A program made the translations under genes and the position numbers. From NCBI GenBank assembly GCA_964187785.1, contig OZ076409.1:95916001-95980000 (forward strand): a stretch of DNA of 64,000 bases, given 5' to 3'. This stretch comes from Amphiscolops sp. MND2022. Its lineage: Eukaryota. The notes under the pieces are model-generated. The model saw only the letters and a program-made list of their open reading frames with translations. It was not told the origin of the DNA and searched no databases. Of the stretch, positions 1-13,109 are shown piece by piece (the stretch's first letter is position 1; each line of letters starts with the position of its first letter).

Positions 1-310
1 TTTAAATGTAAAAGGGGGACTCTTTGGGCGTTTTGGAAATACAGTTTGCTGCGAAATATCAAACAAATTGAAAGGGGACCCTTTGGAAACATTAAAAAAA
101 ATTTCGAAAAAAAAATTGCGGTGCCGAAAAAAAATTGGTTTTGTATCCTACGTTAAAAATTGAGTACACAAAAGGGGGACCCTTTGCACTAACTTAGATG
201 CGTTTTCGCTTGCCGGTCCAATAGTTTAGTAGTTCTGTAGAAAAAGTGTCCACTACGCATACATTCTGTTATCTGACGAAAAAAAAGAAAAACAAAACTT
301 GCCACTGTAA
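1..310 (-). mobile_element. Helentron/DINE-1-like non-autonomous repeat (partial)
   Basis: Same body as the 9068-9755 copy (aaagggggacccttt, gtgccgaaaa, cctttgcactaacttagatg). Breaks off at gccactgtaata, where a different TA-started sequence begins. Confidence 0.65.
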
Positions 311-745
311 TACCTTATTTTCTTGATTAAAAGCCGCGGCTCTTATTTTTTTTCGACGACTTTTTTCCGCGGCTCTTATCCGAAGGCGGCTCTTAAAATA
401 TTTCACCGAAATTTATTTAATTTTCCAAGAAACCAATGTTCTCAGAAACATTCTGATTTCTGAGAAATACATTTCTCAGAAACATTCCCATTTCTGAGAA
501 AAACATTTCTCAGAAACATTCTCGTTTTAAACATTCTCGTTGCTGGGAAATTCAGCGCGGACTTTATCATTTCCGTTGGAACAATGAGTGCAAAAAATAC
601 GAAAAAATTTTACGATATTAACTTTAAGCTAGAAGTCATCAATTTTATTGTGCGATAAGCAAGTGTTATGGGAAAGTGCGGGTGCTTTTTTTCCGCGCGA
701 CAACTCTCTCGTTTCAGACCGCAAGTCGCATAATTCAGACTTTTT

Positions 746-1800
746 TGGTCTAGCGGTAAGATGCTTGCTTTTCAACCCAGAGGGTCCGGGTTCGAACCCG
801 TGCCTATGCGCTAATTTTTTTTTACAAAATTTTCGAAGCAGAAGATTCTCACTTTTTTCGACAATATGAGACCCCCCTCCCTCTTTTCGGCTTTTTGAGA
901 CTTATTTTCGAAAATTTTTTAATGTCCCCAAAAGGTCCTCCCTTCATTTTTTTTGATATTTTGCAACAGAACGAACGTTAAAAAATTCAAAAGGGTCTCT
1001 TCTTTCAGATTTTTCGGCACTATGAGACTGTTAAAATTTCGCATTTTTTCGATAATTTTTCGAAGTCTCCAAATGGTCCCCCTTCAATTTTTTTGAAATA
1101 TCGCAAAAGAATGGATGTTAAAAAATCTCAAAGAACCCCCCTTTCACAGTTTTCGGCCTTGCGAGATTTTTCAAAAGTAAAAATTTTTGTCTTAAAGTTA
1201 GGTTTTTTCAGGCCCAGCACGCTTTATCCGATTTTTTTCCAAAGACCGGTGTTTTTCATATGCGACTTTTTCAATTTTTTTCATCGAAGTCCCCCCTCAA
1301 TTTTTACCAAAAACGAAACGTTTGGCGACTCTAAAGGACTCGTCAAGGTTTTCGGCACTAAGCGACTTCAAAGAAATTGCCGGTAACCTTCAAAAAAAAT
1401 TTTCGAAAATATTTTGGAAAAATTTCGGAAAATTTTTGAAAAAAATTCAAAAAAATTTCTCCTTCAGTTTTCTGTTTGTTTTTAAGGTTTTCCGTTGAGG
1501 AAGATGGGTTTTTTTGCTGTTTTCAGTTGGGGAAGAATGGTTTCCGAGACTTATGCCCATCCCTCGGGTATTTTTTGGCGCTGTAAAATTGATGAAATTT
1601 TAACATACTCCTTTTACCCTTGGTTCTACGTATGATATTGCTTTTTTGGTTTTCAAAACTTCGCAAGTGTTTGCGAAGCACGGCTTCGCCTCTGTGTCGA
1701 ACTAGCAAGATCTTGCTAGTTCGTTGCGGCATATGTATCGTAATGAAAACAAGCCGGGAACGGTCCAAGTCGGCGCTATATACAAGGCTCAGCAAATTGT
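746..1800. mobile_element. Fragments of the same Helentron-like repeat family with a tRNA-like cassette
   Basis: Body motifs (ttcggcactatgagact, aagggtcccccttc), an end motif aacaagccgggaacggtccaagtcggcgc near 1750, and A/B-box-like ggtctagcggtaag...gggttcgaaccc at 746-812. Boundaries are approximate. Confidence 0.55.
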
Positions 1801-1843
1801 GAAATTCGAGGAAAAAATCGATAATGCTATACGAGAAATGAAG

Positions 1844-2012
1844 ACGTTTTATCCGAACTTCGAAAACGTTACTTTCGAACTTTGAAAACGGTACATTCGA
1901 ACTTTGAAAACGTTATATCCGAACTTTGAAAACGTTACATCCGAACTTTGAAAACGTTATATCCGTACTTTGAAAACGTTACATCCAAACTTTGAAACGT
2001 TATATCCGAACT
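1844..2012 (+). repeat. 22-bp minisatellite (~7.5 copies, gaactttgaaaacgttayatcc)
   Basis: Directly visible tandem units. Confidence 0.9.
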
Positions 2013-2047
2013 AAAATATCTCGGCTAAAAAGTTGAACGAATGAAGA

Positions 2048-2586
2048 AACAAGCCGGGATCGGCTCAAGTCGGCGCCATATCTAAGGCTCAAAAATAGCA
2101 AAACGACTTTAATGTGTCAAGTATTCTATTCTACAGTACCCGCGTGAGGAATAAATTGAAAAAAAAATCACAATTTTTTTGAATTTTTTTTCGAAATTTT
2201 TTTGGTCTCCGGTAAGTCGCATAGTGCCGAAAAATGTAAAAGGGAGGCCTTTGGGAGTTTTTGAACATCCATAGTTTTGCAAAATAGAAAAAAATGAAGG
2301 GGGACCCTTTGGAGACATTTAAAAAATTTGCGAAAAAAGTCTCATCCAGCCGAAAAAAACCTGCACAAAAAAATTTTTGGTCATGGGCGGGACTCGAACC
2401 CACGTCCTTCTGCTTGGCGGACATCAAAAACTATCCTAATTAACCTCTATGCTAAGTGGCAGTAGAAGTTACGAGTGTGGCAGTTAGTGGACGCAGCTTA
2501 TAAAGCTCATGAAATCTGTCACTTCGTTGGTCTTTAAAAAAGTCACTGCAATAGTCTGCGTTTTCTACGAAAAGCGCCGACTAAAA
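2048..2586 (-). mobile_element. Helentron-associated interspersed element (HINE/DINE-1-like), full length
   Basis: Read on minus: 5' TTTT+AGTCGGCGC subterminal IR with a partial internal inverted repeat; 3' GCGCCGACT + short hairpin + CTTGTT; no TSD. This is the HINE architecture. An extra 5' end follows at ~2620-2672. Confidence 0.75.
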
Positions 2587-2947
2587 AGAGGACAATTTAG
2601 AGTGAACTGAAGAAAAACTACCCACTGTAATAGTCGGGCTTTTTTCCTTAAAGGAAAAGGCGCCGACTAAAAACGCACAGGAAAGTGAAAAACAAGTTTC
2701 TGATAGCTGGAAACGCGGAATTTCCAATTGATGATGAATTTTTGAACAGATCCGAAATCATTTCAGGTAGAACAAATTTGAAGATTGTTTCAGAAGAAAT
2801 CGGATTTGCAAATAGTGAATTATGAGTACAGTATGTTGTTAGCAGCTGTAGCAAAGCAATTTGAGCTGGAGCAAATAAAGAAAAGGAGTTTTTGTTTTGT
2901 TGATTTCTGGTCTCTCTCGATCTGTTGCTGTTGTTTTTGTTGTTGTC

Positions 2948-3113
2948 TTACACTCTGCATGATTTGATGAGTAGATTGAGAACCTCTTGCTTGTCTATTT
3001 GCTCCAAGTCACTGCACTGCATTTTCAGGTGGTACCCCTTCACACACTTCTCGATCTCCTTCAGACTGGAACTCTGCAACATCTTAGACTTCGTCGGCTG
3101 ATCGTCTGGGGCC
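2948..3113 (-). CDS. CFL: ADF/cofilin gene, coding exon 4 (terminal)
   Basis: tattag|G GCC CCA GAC...GTG TAA, encoding (W)APDDQPTKSKMLQSSSLKEIEKCVKGYHLKMQCSDLEQIDKQEVLNLLIKSCRV*, which matches the WxPD..KSKMxYASS helix. The four exons sum to 423 nt = 140 aa + stop. Confidence 0.9.
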
Positions 3114-3468
3114 CTAATAGCAGCATTCAAAATTTGCATGAATTTTACATTATTCAGGCAAATTTGCATGAATTTTCCATGATTCATGCATGATTCTTAA
3201 ATGTTGAAAAAAACACTTAGGTTTCTGTAAAATAGAAATTTGTAATTTACGCAAACCAAAATGCCTTTTCAAAAGTTAAGACTTGATTAGTTTTATGAAA
3301 CTTGAATTTTTTCCATAGATTCGAGATTCAACGGGTTGGCGAGCGTTGAGAACTGGATTGCTAAATACTTTTACATGCAACATTGGAGCATGCAGGTTAA
3401 ATTTTTAATGACACAGCATTCAAGAACCCTGCATGTACAATTCTGGTAAAAATTCCCTGCAACTTGGA

Positions 3469-3826
3469 AACAAGCCGGGAACGGTCCAAGTCGGGGCCAT
3501 ATCTAAGGCTCAAAATAGCAAAAGAACTTCAAAGTGTCAAGTATTCTCTTCTACATTACCCGCATGAAGAAAAAATTGAAAGTTTTTGAAGTTTTTTCAA
3601 ATTTTTTTTTGGTCTCCGATAAGTCGCATAGTGCCGAAACATGTAAAAGGGGACCTCAAAAAAGCCTAATTAACCTCTATCTCAAGTGCCAGTAGAAGTA
3701 GTGTGGCAGTTAGTGTTAGTTCAAGTCAGCTTATAAAGCTTATAAAATCTGTCACTTCGTTGGTCTTAAAAAAAGAAAAGTCACTACTATAGTCTGCGTT
3801 TATCTACGAAAAAGCGCCGACTAAAA
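3469..3826 (-). mobile_element. HINE/DINE-1-like element (in cofilin intron 3)
   Basis: Same termini as 2048-2586, internally shorter. Confidence 0.75.
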
Positions 3827-4247
3827 ATTCCCAACGAAACCTCCAAGTTTTTCGCATAATGCTGTTTCCCAGCAGTTTCAACAAAAGCGGTGCTAATGAG
3901 TTCTGAAAAGTCCCGAGTCTTCTTTGGAACGGAAACGAACTGGAGATGATCAAAAACATCTCGAAAGAAGGCAAAAGTTGAAAAATGATTAATTTTTAGT
4001 GTCTTCGACAACTAGTTGATCCGGTGATAACAGAATGTGGTTAAAATGTACTAAGAAGAACCAAGAAATTACTTTTATCAAGACACGATATTTTAAACAA
4101 TTTCTGCAAAAAGTCCATTTAATGAATCCATTAAATCCAAAAGGCACCCATAAATTGTTCTATTTTTCCTTTGAAAATTAATTAGCCATTTCTGGCTAAC
4201 GAGGTGTATGCTAGATGTACCATGATTAGGTTTACCCGATTTTCGTT

Positions 4248-6302
4248 TGTGGAAATTTTAGATTTTGGTGTTTTAGAAAGATCCCATCCCTTTTGCGCGA
4301 AGCTTAAAACATAGATGGAACTATGTTAATCTCGTTTTTAAACCGTCGGAACACTGAACACAGCTGAAAAGGCTGACAATAGCGTGCATCGATATGGCTA
4401 ATTTGGCAAATTAGGTATTTACTTAGTAAACGAAACGTCTTAGGTAAAATTAACAAGTTAGCGAGTGACGTCAGCGATGAAATGATTCGAATTGGCAAAG
4501 TAAGAGTTGATCTCGAAGAGCGAATTTTACTAAGTCCCACTTTTGGCCGAAAATATTCTAAGATACACTATGAAAAACCAAACATCACAAATCTTTAAAC
4601 CCCCCCCAAACGGTTTTTCTCAAAGACTATTTATCGTAGGGACTTGAACTTTGGCACACGTATACCTGAGCTGTTATGCTACTGATCCATAAAAACGAAA
4701 CCGAGCCGGGAACCCCCAGTCCCGGGCTATTAGCACCGGAAGTGACCTAGGTCGACCCCCCTACGAACTCGTCGGCCAAGCACGGGATAAGTCGTATTAT
4801 ATATAGGATCGATAGCCCATATGATATTAAGCCGTTTGCGCACATTTTCGGACACCCACGACGCGTGTAAGAGGAGCACGGACCCTAAGTAAATAAACCC
4901 GGAACGTTGTGTAAATAGCCACCGGATGACCCGAAGATCATGAAACTTACCCAAGATGTTCACCTAGCAACCCTAAGTAATATACATGAAAGATACATTG
5001 ATCGGTCCACCACGCGCGGAGTAATGTTTGTTTAAGGCACGCGGGACCGGACACACAGGCCCGACCTATAAACGATGTTGACTTTGGCTTATAATACCTC
5101 AAACGAACCGGAATGATGAATGTAGTCGATTTATAACGTGAATGAAACCGTATTTATAACCCATGCGGGGGTAGCCGCCTTAAGTAAACAAACGATACGC
5201 ATAGCGTGTAACTCGGGAACCATTGACCCTAGGACGATATAAATTGGCATGTAGCAACTTTGGATGATGGCAAATAACTTCAAGGTCATTGACGGATCTC
5301 AAGGTCCTTTTAGATGCAACCCCGGAACGTATGGAAGAACTTACGATAAAACATGTAAATCGGCGGCGTTTGCGTGATAATTTATGCATTTCAGTCAGGT
5401 GGAACGATTCGCGACGTATTGCACCTAGGATGATGGAAAAGTACCCCTTACGCGTAGAGGACATGTAAACCATGTAGTTGAAGGTCATTGAGCAATTTCT
5501 TCGATGTTAAAAATATCTCGGGTGACTTGAATTATTATTGATATGTGAACTTTGTACAATCAGTGTTGAATTACTTGTCGTTGGCGGCAAAGAATGTTTA
5601 GCCGAAGTATACATAGACGCGTTCACCATGCCATAAAAGGAATAGTAAACATGAAGGTAAACACATGCAAACTTAAGACGCCGACGCCCTGTATGTAACG
5701 AAAATGTCAAGTATGATAGAAAGTCAAGATGAGATGACCAGAAACACGTGCGACGAACAAATATAATTGAGGCGGAATTAGAACATAATTGAATAGGCAG
5801 AACCGAGTTAGAAGGCTGGGAGCAAGTTGAGTCTCGCGGAGACAAGATACTTCTTCGGATTAACACTCCCGCTTCTCGACAACCGAGTTAGAGAGCTAGA
5901 ATTCAGTTGAGCTTCAGGGCGGGGGCAAGAGATTCGAACTAGCTGGAGTAACTGGTCGTCGTTAACTCTGGGAGTCAGTGACAGAAATTGTACAAGTCCG
6001 GGACTTGACGATTGTTTGATTCAGTTGGCTGGATCGTGATATATAGATATTCGCTGAGAAATCAATTGGAAGATTGTTTTCATCGTGTTCTGTGATTTTA
6101 TATCAATTTCCTAACTCGATCATTCTAACCTACAGTCTCATTGCGAATATAGAGCCGATAGAGCAATTTGGAGAGAAACTAGTGTCAAGCTAGTCCTATG
6201 AGCAGAAGCAAGAACGAAACTTACTCACCAAAATCAAAACCTTTCTGTTAAGAGTTGAGCCTTGGGATTTCTCTCCGACCCAAGTAGCTAAATTTTCTTA
6301 CA
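4248..6302. mobile_element. Solo LTR (~2.05 kb) in cofilin intron 3
   Basis: TGTGGAAATTTTAG...CTAAATTTTCTTACA (TG..CA, imperfect terminal IR) flanked by a 5-bp TSD TCGTT (4243-4247 / 6303-6307). Internal short direct repeats (aaccgagttaga). Confidence 0.8.
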
Positions 6303-7609
6303 TCGTTCGAGAGGTAGCGCCCCAATAGAAAAATTTTCCAGTACTGAAGATGCCGCAAGTAAAAAAATCTTTTTCTGTTAATTCAATTATAACTCACTTG
6401 ACCGCTTAACTGCTTAACTGGGGGGGGGGGTTAATAGAAAAGATCCATAAAAAACATTTTTCACCAACCAACTTATGGGATTTGTACGCGAACTAATACA
6501 TATAGTTCTACACTAGTCATCAAGTGATCAAACTTCTGATTTTTCCTTCTCTAGAGAAACAGAGGATCAATGTTTCTGCCAGGATTTGAAGGACTGTACA
6601 ACAATTTTACACAACGCATGCAAAATGCATGCATGTTTTTGTCCTCACTTTCAATGCTGCAGAGAGCAATGGCATTGTGGACACAGTCCGCTTTCCGATA
6701 AGAATCCGTCAGAATATCAAGAGTGCATGTATATATTGCGCAACTGAGGGACACGCGTTTCCTTATATGGTGGTAACTGGAATACGGATTTCCAAATATG
6801 GAAGGAACAAAATGTGGCTTGAAATGTTACGTCTATAAATGGAAAGAAGTGAAACTTTGAAATGTATTGAAACTAGAATTGGAGGTACATGGACATTCAA
6901 AGCCAACTATGTTAAAAGTTGAGAAATGGAGATCCAAAGGCAGAAAACTGATTTCAGTTTGTTATAAGTCTTGCTCACTCTTTTTCCTATCACAAAACGT
7001 TAAAAAAACTTATGCTTTATTTACCGAATTCTTCTGAAATTACTCTTCAACAATCCCTGAATACCTTTATTCATTTCTGTTTTGATGATTTCACGTAAAG
7101 ACATAAATTCAGCAACTAATTTATGCTAATTCCACAACTTTTCCACCTAATTTTTTCGCGTTGGGGGGAGGTCGGTTTTAAAGTTAAAAATCGCGTCTTG
7201 ATAATTGAATGTTAATCAAATATAAATTAATACCAGAAAAAAAAGTTTGGTGAAGTCTACTGGGAGCACATAGAAGCCCCAATGATTATCAAAAACCAAT
7301 TTCATTTATATCCGTGAAGAAATCGAGCAAAAAAAAACGAAAACTAATTCTCTTGAAACTTCACGAAATTCACAAAATCCAGCAACAATTTTGGCAAAAA
7401 AGGGCGTTTATTGGATTACCCTTATCAAAACTTACGTAACCTTTCACATGTTACAGGCCTGCATGCAGGGAATTTTTAAACAAAACAGAAAGTTTTCAGT
7501 GAAAAAAAAAGTTTTCATGTAAAAAATTTGATAGGATTACAGCGCAGTTTGTGATAGGTTATTTTACCAAATTAATAAAATAGGTTTGGTTATGTGGATG
7601 TGTACTAGC

Positions 7610-7740
7610 CAGCTGTAGAAAACGAGTTTGTCTCTGGCTCCGCCCTCGGGCAGGGTGAAACTGAAGTCGTAAAGCCCGTAAGCACACCCTTGACCGGTCA
7701 GGTCAGTGACAAACTGCTCGTACGGCGCGTCTCTGTCGGC
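7610..7740 (-). CDS. CFL: ADF/cofilin gene, coding exon 3
   Basis: ttgatttag|GCC...AGC TG|gctagt; 131 nt encoding ADRDAPYEQFVTDLTGQGCAYGLYDFSFTLPEGGARDKLVFYS(W), the cofilin core CxYxxYDF...KxVFxxW. Phase matches exons 2 and 4. Confidence 0.9.
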
Positions 7741-7887
7741 CTAAATCAACCAAGTGATAGTATTCTCATCTGATTTGGGGGGGGGGGTTAATTTTAAAAA
7801 CTTGGTTAATATTTTAAAAACAGCGCTTTTTGAGCCTTAGATATAGCGCCGACTTTAGACCTACCCATCTTGTTAGTTTTAAGACAA

Positions 7888-8205
7888 CCCGTACTGACAA
7901 AAAATTGAATTCCAGGACTGCCAAGGATTCCCAAGGACTGGTAAGGACTTGTCAAGTTCTGGACCAGTCCTTACCAGTGCCACTTTTAGCCTTACAAGTC
8001 CTGGGGAATCCTGGAGATACGCTGACGAGGACTGGAACACGGAAAAATCCAAAACCGATTCAGGGCCTATAAGAGCCGAATATGTGCTATATTTAGTTGA
8101 AAAAAGTGTAATTGGGTACAGTAAGAAGGTTTTTTCACTATGGTAACTTACGAAAATCGTGAAAAATAGTCTCTCGTCAAATAATCATAAAACTACCTCG
8201 AAAAT
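7888..8205 (+). mobile_element. One-ended DNA-transposon fragment (cccgtactgacaaaa... with ggactgg subrepeats)
   Basis: A ~320-bp near-identical inverted copy lies at 16579-16922. Confidence 0.65.
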
Positions 8206-8372
8206 ATTATTAATAATTGACAGATAAATGGAGAAACTTCGATCGACGGATGAGTGCACTAATGTCACTTGTAAATATCAACTGAACCTATAAGTTGGAG
8301 TATTTTTTCATTCCGAAATTGTATCCAATTGTCGAATACACGTTTCAAGCAAAGCACACGCATAAACGTTTT

Positions 8373-8745
8373 AGAAAGTTAATTTCCCCATTACCGCGGG
8401 GTGGACGCCGAATAAGCAGTTCTGCTTTTCTGAGTCGGCGCTCTTTCGGATACTATCTCCCCATAGCAAGCTATGGTGCCATTTTTACAGCCAAGTTGTC
8501 AAGCAATGGTCGGTTTGAAGCTGTGACTTCGAAGTGACTTGCTCAAGTTCACGAATGTCTGATTGCTCACCGTTGCTCGTTTTGTTTTGCTTTTCTTCGC
8601 CAAATACGTTATTTTTTGTCAATAACCATACCACTAAGCTAGGGATGAAGGACTTGCTGAAGGCCCAGCAATGGTGAGCTGAGAGAGATTCGAACCCGAT
8701 ACCACCCCAGTACAGACCGAATGCTCTAACCACTGCACCATGCTC
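8373..8745 (-). mobile_element. tRNA-derived SINE
   Basis: Minus-strand head has an A box (gcagtggttagagc) and B box (gggttcgaatc). Body and tail are homologous to 21021-21382. Confidence 0.75.
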
Positions 8746-8828
8746 GGGGTTGTGGGGGTTGGGTGGTAAAAAGTGGATTTCGATGTAGAGAGGGGGGGGA
8801 GAGTTCAACTTGTGAATGAATTGCGTAC

Positions 8829-8951
8829 CTTGATGATGGGGTTTATAGTGAGCTTTTTGGGTTCTATCTTGTAGATGATGTACTGGTACTTCTTCCTCTG
8901 GATCGCCTCAAATGTTTCCTTGCAGTCAGGGGCAGCCCTCACTCCCGAATC
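8829..8951 (-). CDS. CFL: ADF/cofilin gene, coding exon 2
   Basis: ttttag|GAT...AAG|gtacgc; 123 nt encoding DSGVRAAPDCKETFEAIQRKKYQYIIYKIEPKKLTINPIIK, matching the cofilin N-terminus (Ser3 SGV; KKYxYIIYKI). Confidence 0.9.
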
Positions 8952-9067
8952 CTAAAACATCACCCCCTCACAATTATGACGTCATTGACACCATCAATAA
9001 AGGACTGCTCGAAGTTTAAGTTGCGTAATGAGTGTTCAGAAACTGTTAATCAACAAAACATGAAATG

Positions 9068-9755
9068 AACAAGACGGGAACGTCTAAAGTCGGCGCTATA
9101 TCTAAGACTCAAAAAGCGCAAAGTTTTTTAAATGTGAAAGGGGGACCCTTTTGGCTTTTTGAAAATCCAGTTTGTCCCAAAATATCAAAAAAATTGAAAG
9201 GCGGATCCTTTGGAGACATTTTGAAAAATTCGAAAAACTTTTTGAAAAAAAATTTTTGAAAAAAAACAAAAATGAGGATTTTGAAACAGTCGCAAAGTGC
9301 CGAAAAACTTGAAAGGGAAGACCCTTTGGGCTTTTTGAAACTTCAGTTTGCTGCAAAATATCAAAATATTTGTAGGAGGGACCTTTTGGCGACAGAAAAA
9401 AATTTTCGAAAAGTCGCACAGTGCCGAAAAAAACTCAAACCCTATAGTCTGGTCCTGTTTTGTTTTGTATCTTACGATAAAAATGGAGTAACTGAAAGGG
9501 GGTGCCGAGAAAAATTTAAAGGGGAACCCTATAATCTCGTCCGGTTTTGTATCTTACTTTAAATAGGGAGTAAATGAAAGGGGGGCCCTTTGCACTAACT
9601 TAGATGAGTTTCCTTTTGCCGGTCCAGTAGTTTAGCAGTTCTGTAGAAAAAGTGTCCACTACGCTTACATTCTGTTATCTGACGAAAAAAAAATAAGAAA
9701 AAAAACTTGTAGCTGTAATAGTGGGGCTCATTTTCTTAAAATGCGCCCACTAAAA
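9068..9755 (-). mobile_element. HINE/DINE-1-like element (in cofilin intron 1)
   Basis: aacaagacgggaacgtctaaagtcggcgc ... gcgcccactaaaa termini. Confidence 0.75.
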
Positions 9756-10319
9756 CAGCTGATCAATGAAAGTGAGATGAAATCAATTTTTAACGCCAAT
9801 AAGCGTTGTGGCACTGCGATATTTTTTTTTGCGAGAGGAAAACTGAAAATGGAAAAATGAGTGAAAAGAAGGAAACCATTTCGTTTTGAAGTTTTCAATT
9901 GTATTGCTTATGGATATTTCTAAGTATTGATATTTTTCGTGATGCATCTTTAAACATGGTTACAGAGTTTCCGAAACTTTTCAAGTAAAACTGATTAAAA
10001 ATCTCAAGATTTATCCTAATGTTTTTTCATCATTTTCCTTCGAAAGGTCCAATGCATTATTGAGCATTGTTTCTTTTGCAATTGCTGCATCTCGAGAACT
10101 AACTTTTTTGAAATTTTTTTTCCGAAAAAGAAAAATAACCATTTCCGATCATTTATTCAAGCAGAGATTGTTTGCAAATCGAAAAAGAAGAAATGGTTTT
10201 TTATGCAGTCATTTTCCTACACTTTGCTTCTCCACATTCTACGTTGATTTCCAAGAATACCTTCATAAGGTTCAAAAAATTACAATCACTAGTTTTTTCT
10301 CTGTTTAATTTTTTGTTCA

Positions 10320-10868
10320 AGACAGACTCGAATGCGACGAAACTTTTGTTCAGTTTGTTCAACTAAACGAATATCAGGGAAACGCATCTAAGTTATTGCA
10401 AACTGTCCCCCCTTTCGTTTTTTACTTTTTAACGTGACTAAAGGGCCCCCTTTTGATTTTTTTGGCACTGAGACTGTTTTCGAAAATTTTAAAATGTCTC
10501 CAAAGGGTCCCCTTTCAATTTTTTTGATATTTTGCAGCAAATTGGATGTTAAAAAGCCCAAAGGGTCCCCGTTTTACATTTTAGGCACTATGAGACTCTT
10601 TCAGAATTCTCATTTTCTGTCCGAAGTTAGGTTTTCTCAATATATATCCATCAATAATTTTTTTCAACACTATTCGATTTTTTGCGTTTAAAGCGGAGAA
10701 AAAGAAGGCGAAGGTTCGAAAACAAGCGAACCTATTCGTCTCAGCACGAAGCTTTGGGGTGTTTCGACACTTTTATGTGAGTTTCTCATGAAACATGTCC
10801 GGAACATACTTTGCGAGTGCTTTTTGAGCCTTAAGTGAGGCGCCGACTTGAGACGTTCCTGTCTTGTT
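10320..10868 (+). mobile_element. HINE/DINE-1-like element, 5'-truncated
   Basis: 3' end gcgccgacttgagacgttcctgtcttgtt plus family body motifs. Confidence 0.65.
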
Positions 10869-13109
10869 CTTTCATAACGCAGTTGACAACTTGAATTTGC
10901 GGTTTATAATGTTTTCCCTGAAATGACAAAGATCCACAAGAAGTTAGAATTGCAATCACACTCTCATTCTTTTCGTTCTTGTGAATTTAAAAAGTTTGGA
11001 ACAATTTTGAGTACATAAATTCAAAGACCATTCGCAGTATCACACACCACAGATACACCAGGGTATCAAAAAAGCAAAAGCACGTGGTTTCGCTGATAAA
11101 AAAGTCCAAATAGCGATAAAGTTTCACGTAATCAATTGATACAATAGTCCCAATAGCAAAAACTTTGTTCATTTTTGATTACTGAGGTATTTTTGACTTC
11201 TAGAATTTTCGCAAAATTTCGTATACAAAATCTCAAAAACCCTTGTTCGTAACAAAAACTGCATAGGACAACCTTTGTACCTTTTATTCAGATATCTAGT
11301 TTTTGATTCTAACCGATTATCTGAAAAAGCTTTCTTTAATGAATTTACACCGCAAATTGGTCGCAAAATGTTCTACGAGAACATTGTTTCGACGGAATTA
11401 CACTTGCTTTTGGATATTCAATTTTGAAGAGTTTTCAGAGAAAAGTTAAAGTACGGCGTCAAGGCTACAAAAATGATCGAGACAGTTTTTCTTCTGACCA
11501 ACAGTTTCAAAGACATTGCGTATGAAAATTTAAAAAATGCCAAATTTCCTCGAAATACAATTTGATATAACTTATTAAAATTTGATGCGATATCAAAGCA
11601 AAAACTAACGTTGTAATTTTGATTATAACTTGTTTGACCTTTGTTCCTGAAAATGTTTTCTAAAATGAATATGATAAAAGATATTGCGCTTCAAATATTT
11701 TTTAGCCGAATTGAGCGTCTTTAGCTATTTGGGACCCCAGTGTCCCTAAGTTGCTAAAGACCCAAGTTGGTTTTTTATGCTTATCACAAATCGGTGGTCT
11801 AATGATCGCTGCCCGATTACGGCAAAATAGTAGCCTTGACCGTGCCACGCTTTGTATTGCAAATCGCCTGATATGTAAAAAGATTATGTTACGAAACATT
11901 TGACAGAGCTCGCATACAAATTTCGCGAATCACGCCAGCAATTCAAAACAATTACTGCAACTTCATGCACAAAACAATTACTGCAACTGTCATGCACAAA
12001 TGCACCACCATATTGCAAAGTAGCAGTATAATTCATCAGCAAATCCATCAAAAAGCACAGTTGAGGAGATTAAACGCAAAGTTGAAGATGATGAACACAC
12101 TTCGAAGAATTTTTTTATTATGCTTAAGCATTCCAAGTGATCCTGCCGTACTCTCCAGAACCAAGTTTTGAAAATTTTTAAATTAATTTGCCATTTTCAG
12201 GAAATTTCGAAGTAGTTTCATTCTTTATGACTGTCCAATGTTATGCCCAAAGTTTCTATAATTTCTATTGCAAAAAAAAGATACGAACGGAAAAATTTTG
12301 TTGATAGAATAGAGCAGACTACATCTTTACATTTTACCGAAAAAAGTTTGGGAAAACATTCTCTTCGTAAAGTTCAACAAGATGTCTTGCAGTGCAGCTT
12401 GTGATGCTGTATGTTCTCTTCGAAGAACTTTTTGAAGAAATTTTCCAAACAGCGCCCTTTTCCTGAAATCAATGCAGTTCCGTCAGAAAACTTTAATTTG
12501 TGACTACCTAGCAAGATCCTTGCGTTAATCGACTAGGGTTCCTAATTAAGACTATGCAGGTTCTCTGCTGTCGCAAGCTGCTGCTTGCAACGAAAACAAT
12601 TACCAGATTACTCCTGACAACGATACCTCAGTCTTTCCCCCAAGAGTGCTACCATTGTGAAATAAATCGGACTCAAAGTATCCTGAACCACAACAAAACT
12701 TATGCATAAACTTGAACGCTACTGTCATATAAGGTTATTATTATGCTTGTATTATGATTTATACGCGTTTTAGTGGAATTATACACGTACGTAAACGGAT
12801 CCGTACTATTTGTGCTTTTTGATGTAGTTTGAATAACAATGAATTGGAATTTGGGAAAGGCAGCACAAACAAGGTGAAGGAAACGCGTTCGACTTGTGCA
12901 AAGCTATAGTCTGGATTACAGTAAATTGTTGATTAGTCACAGTGTTGCTAGTATTGGTGCTATAGTCAAACGGACGTTACGTCCACTTTCCACATGCTGA
13001 CGTGTTTGTAACTGCTTCCAATTCTAGTCATGTTTTTTTTATCATATTTAGTGTATTTATTTGTAATGTGACAGATATTGTTACTATTTTTAGAACAACA
13101 TAGGGGCTA

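Noticed and set aside
312..720. pogo/Tigger-like TIR element starting TA|ccttattttc
   Set aside because: No matching right-hand TIR found, so it cannot be delimited.
6552..6780. Possible GPCR TM3-like exon (LSMLQRAMALW)
   Set aside because: All three frames contain stops and the similarity is too slight to support a call.
7741..7743. In-frame TAG making cofilin a pseudogene
   Set aside because: The TAG is the splice acceptor; exon 2 ends in phase 0 and joins GCC at 7740 seamlessly.
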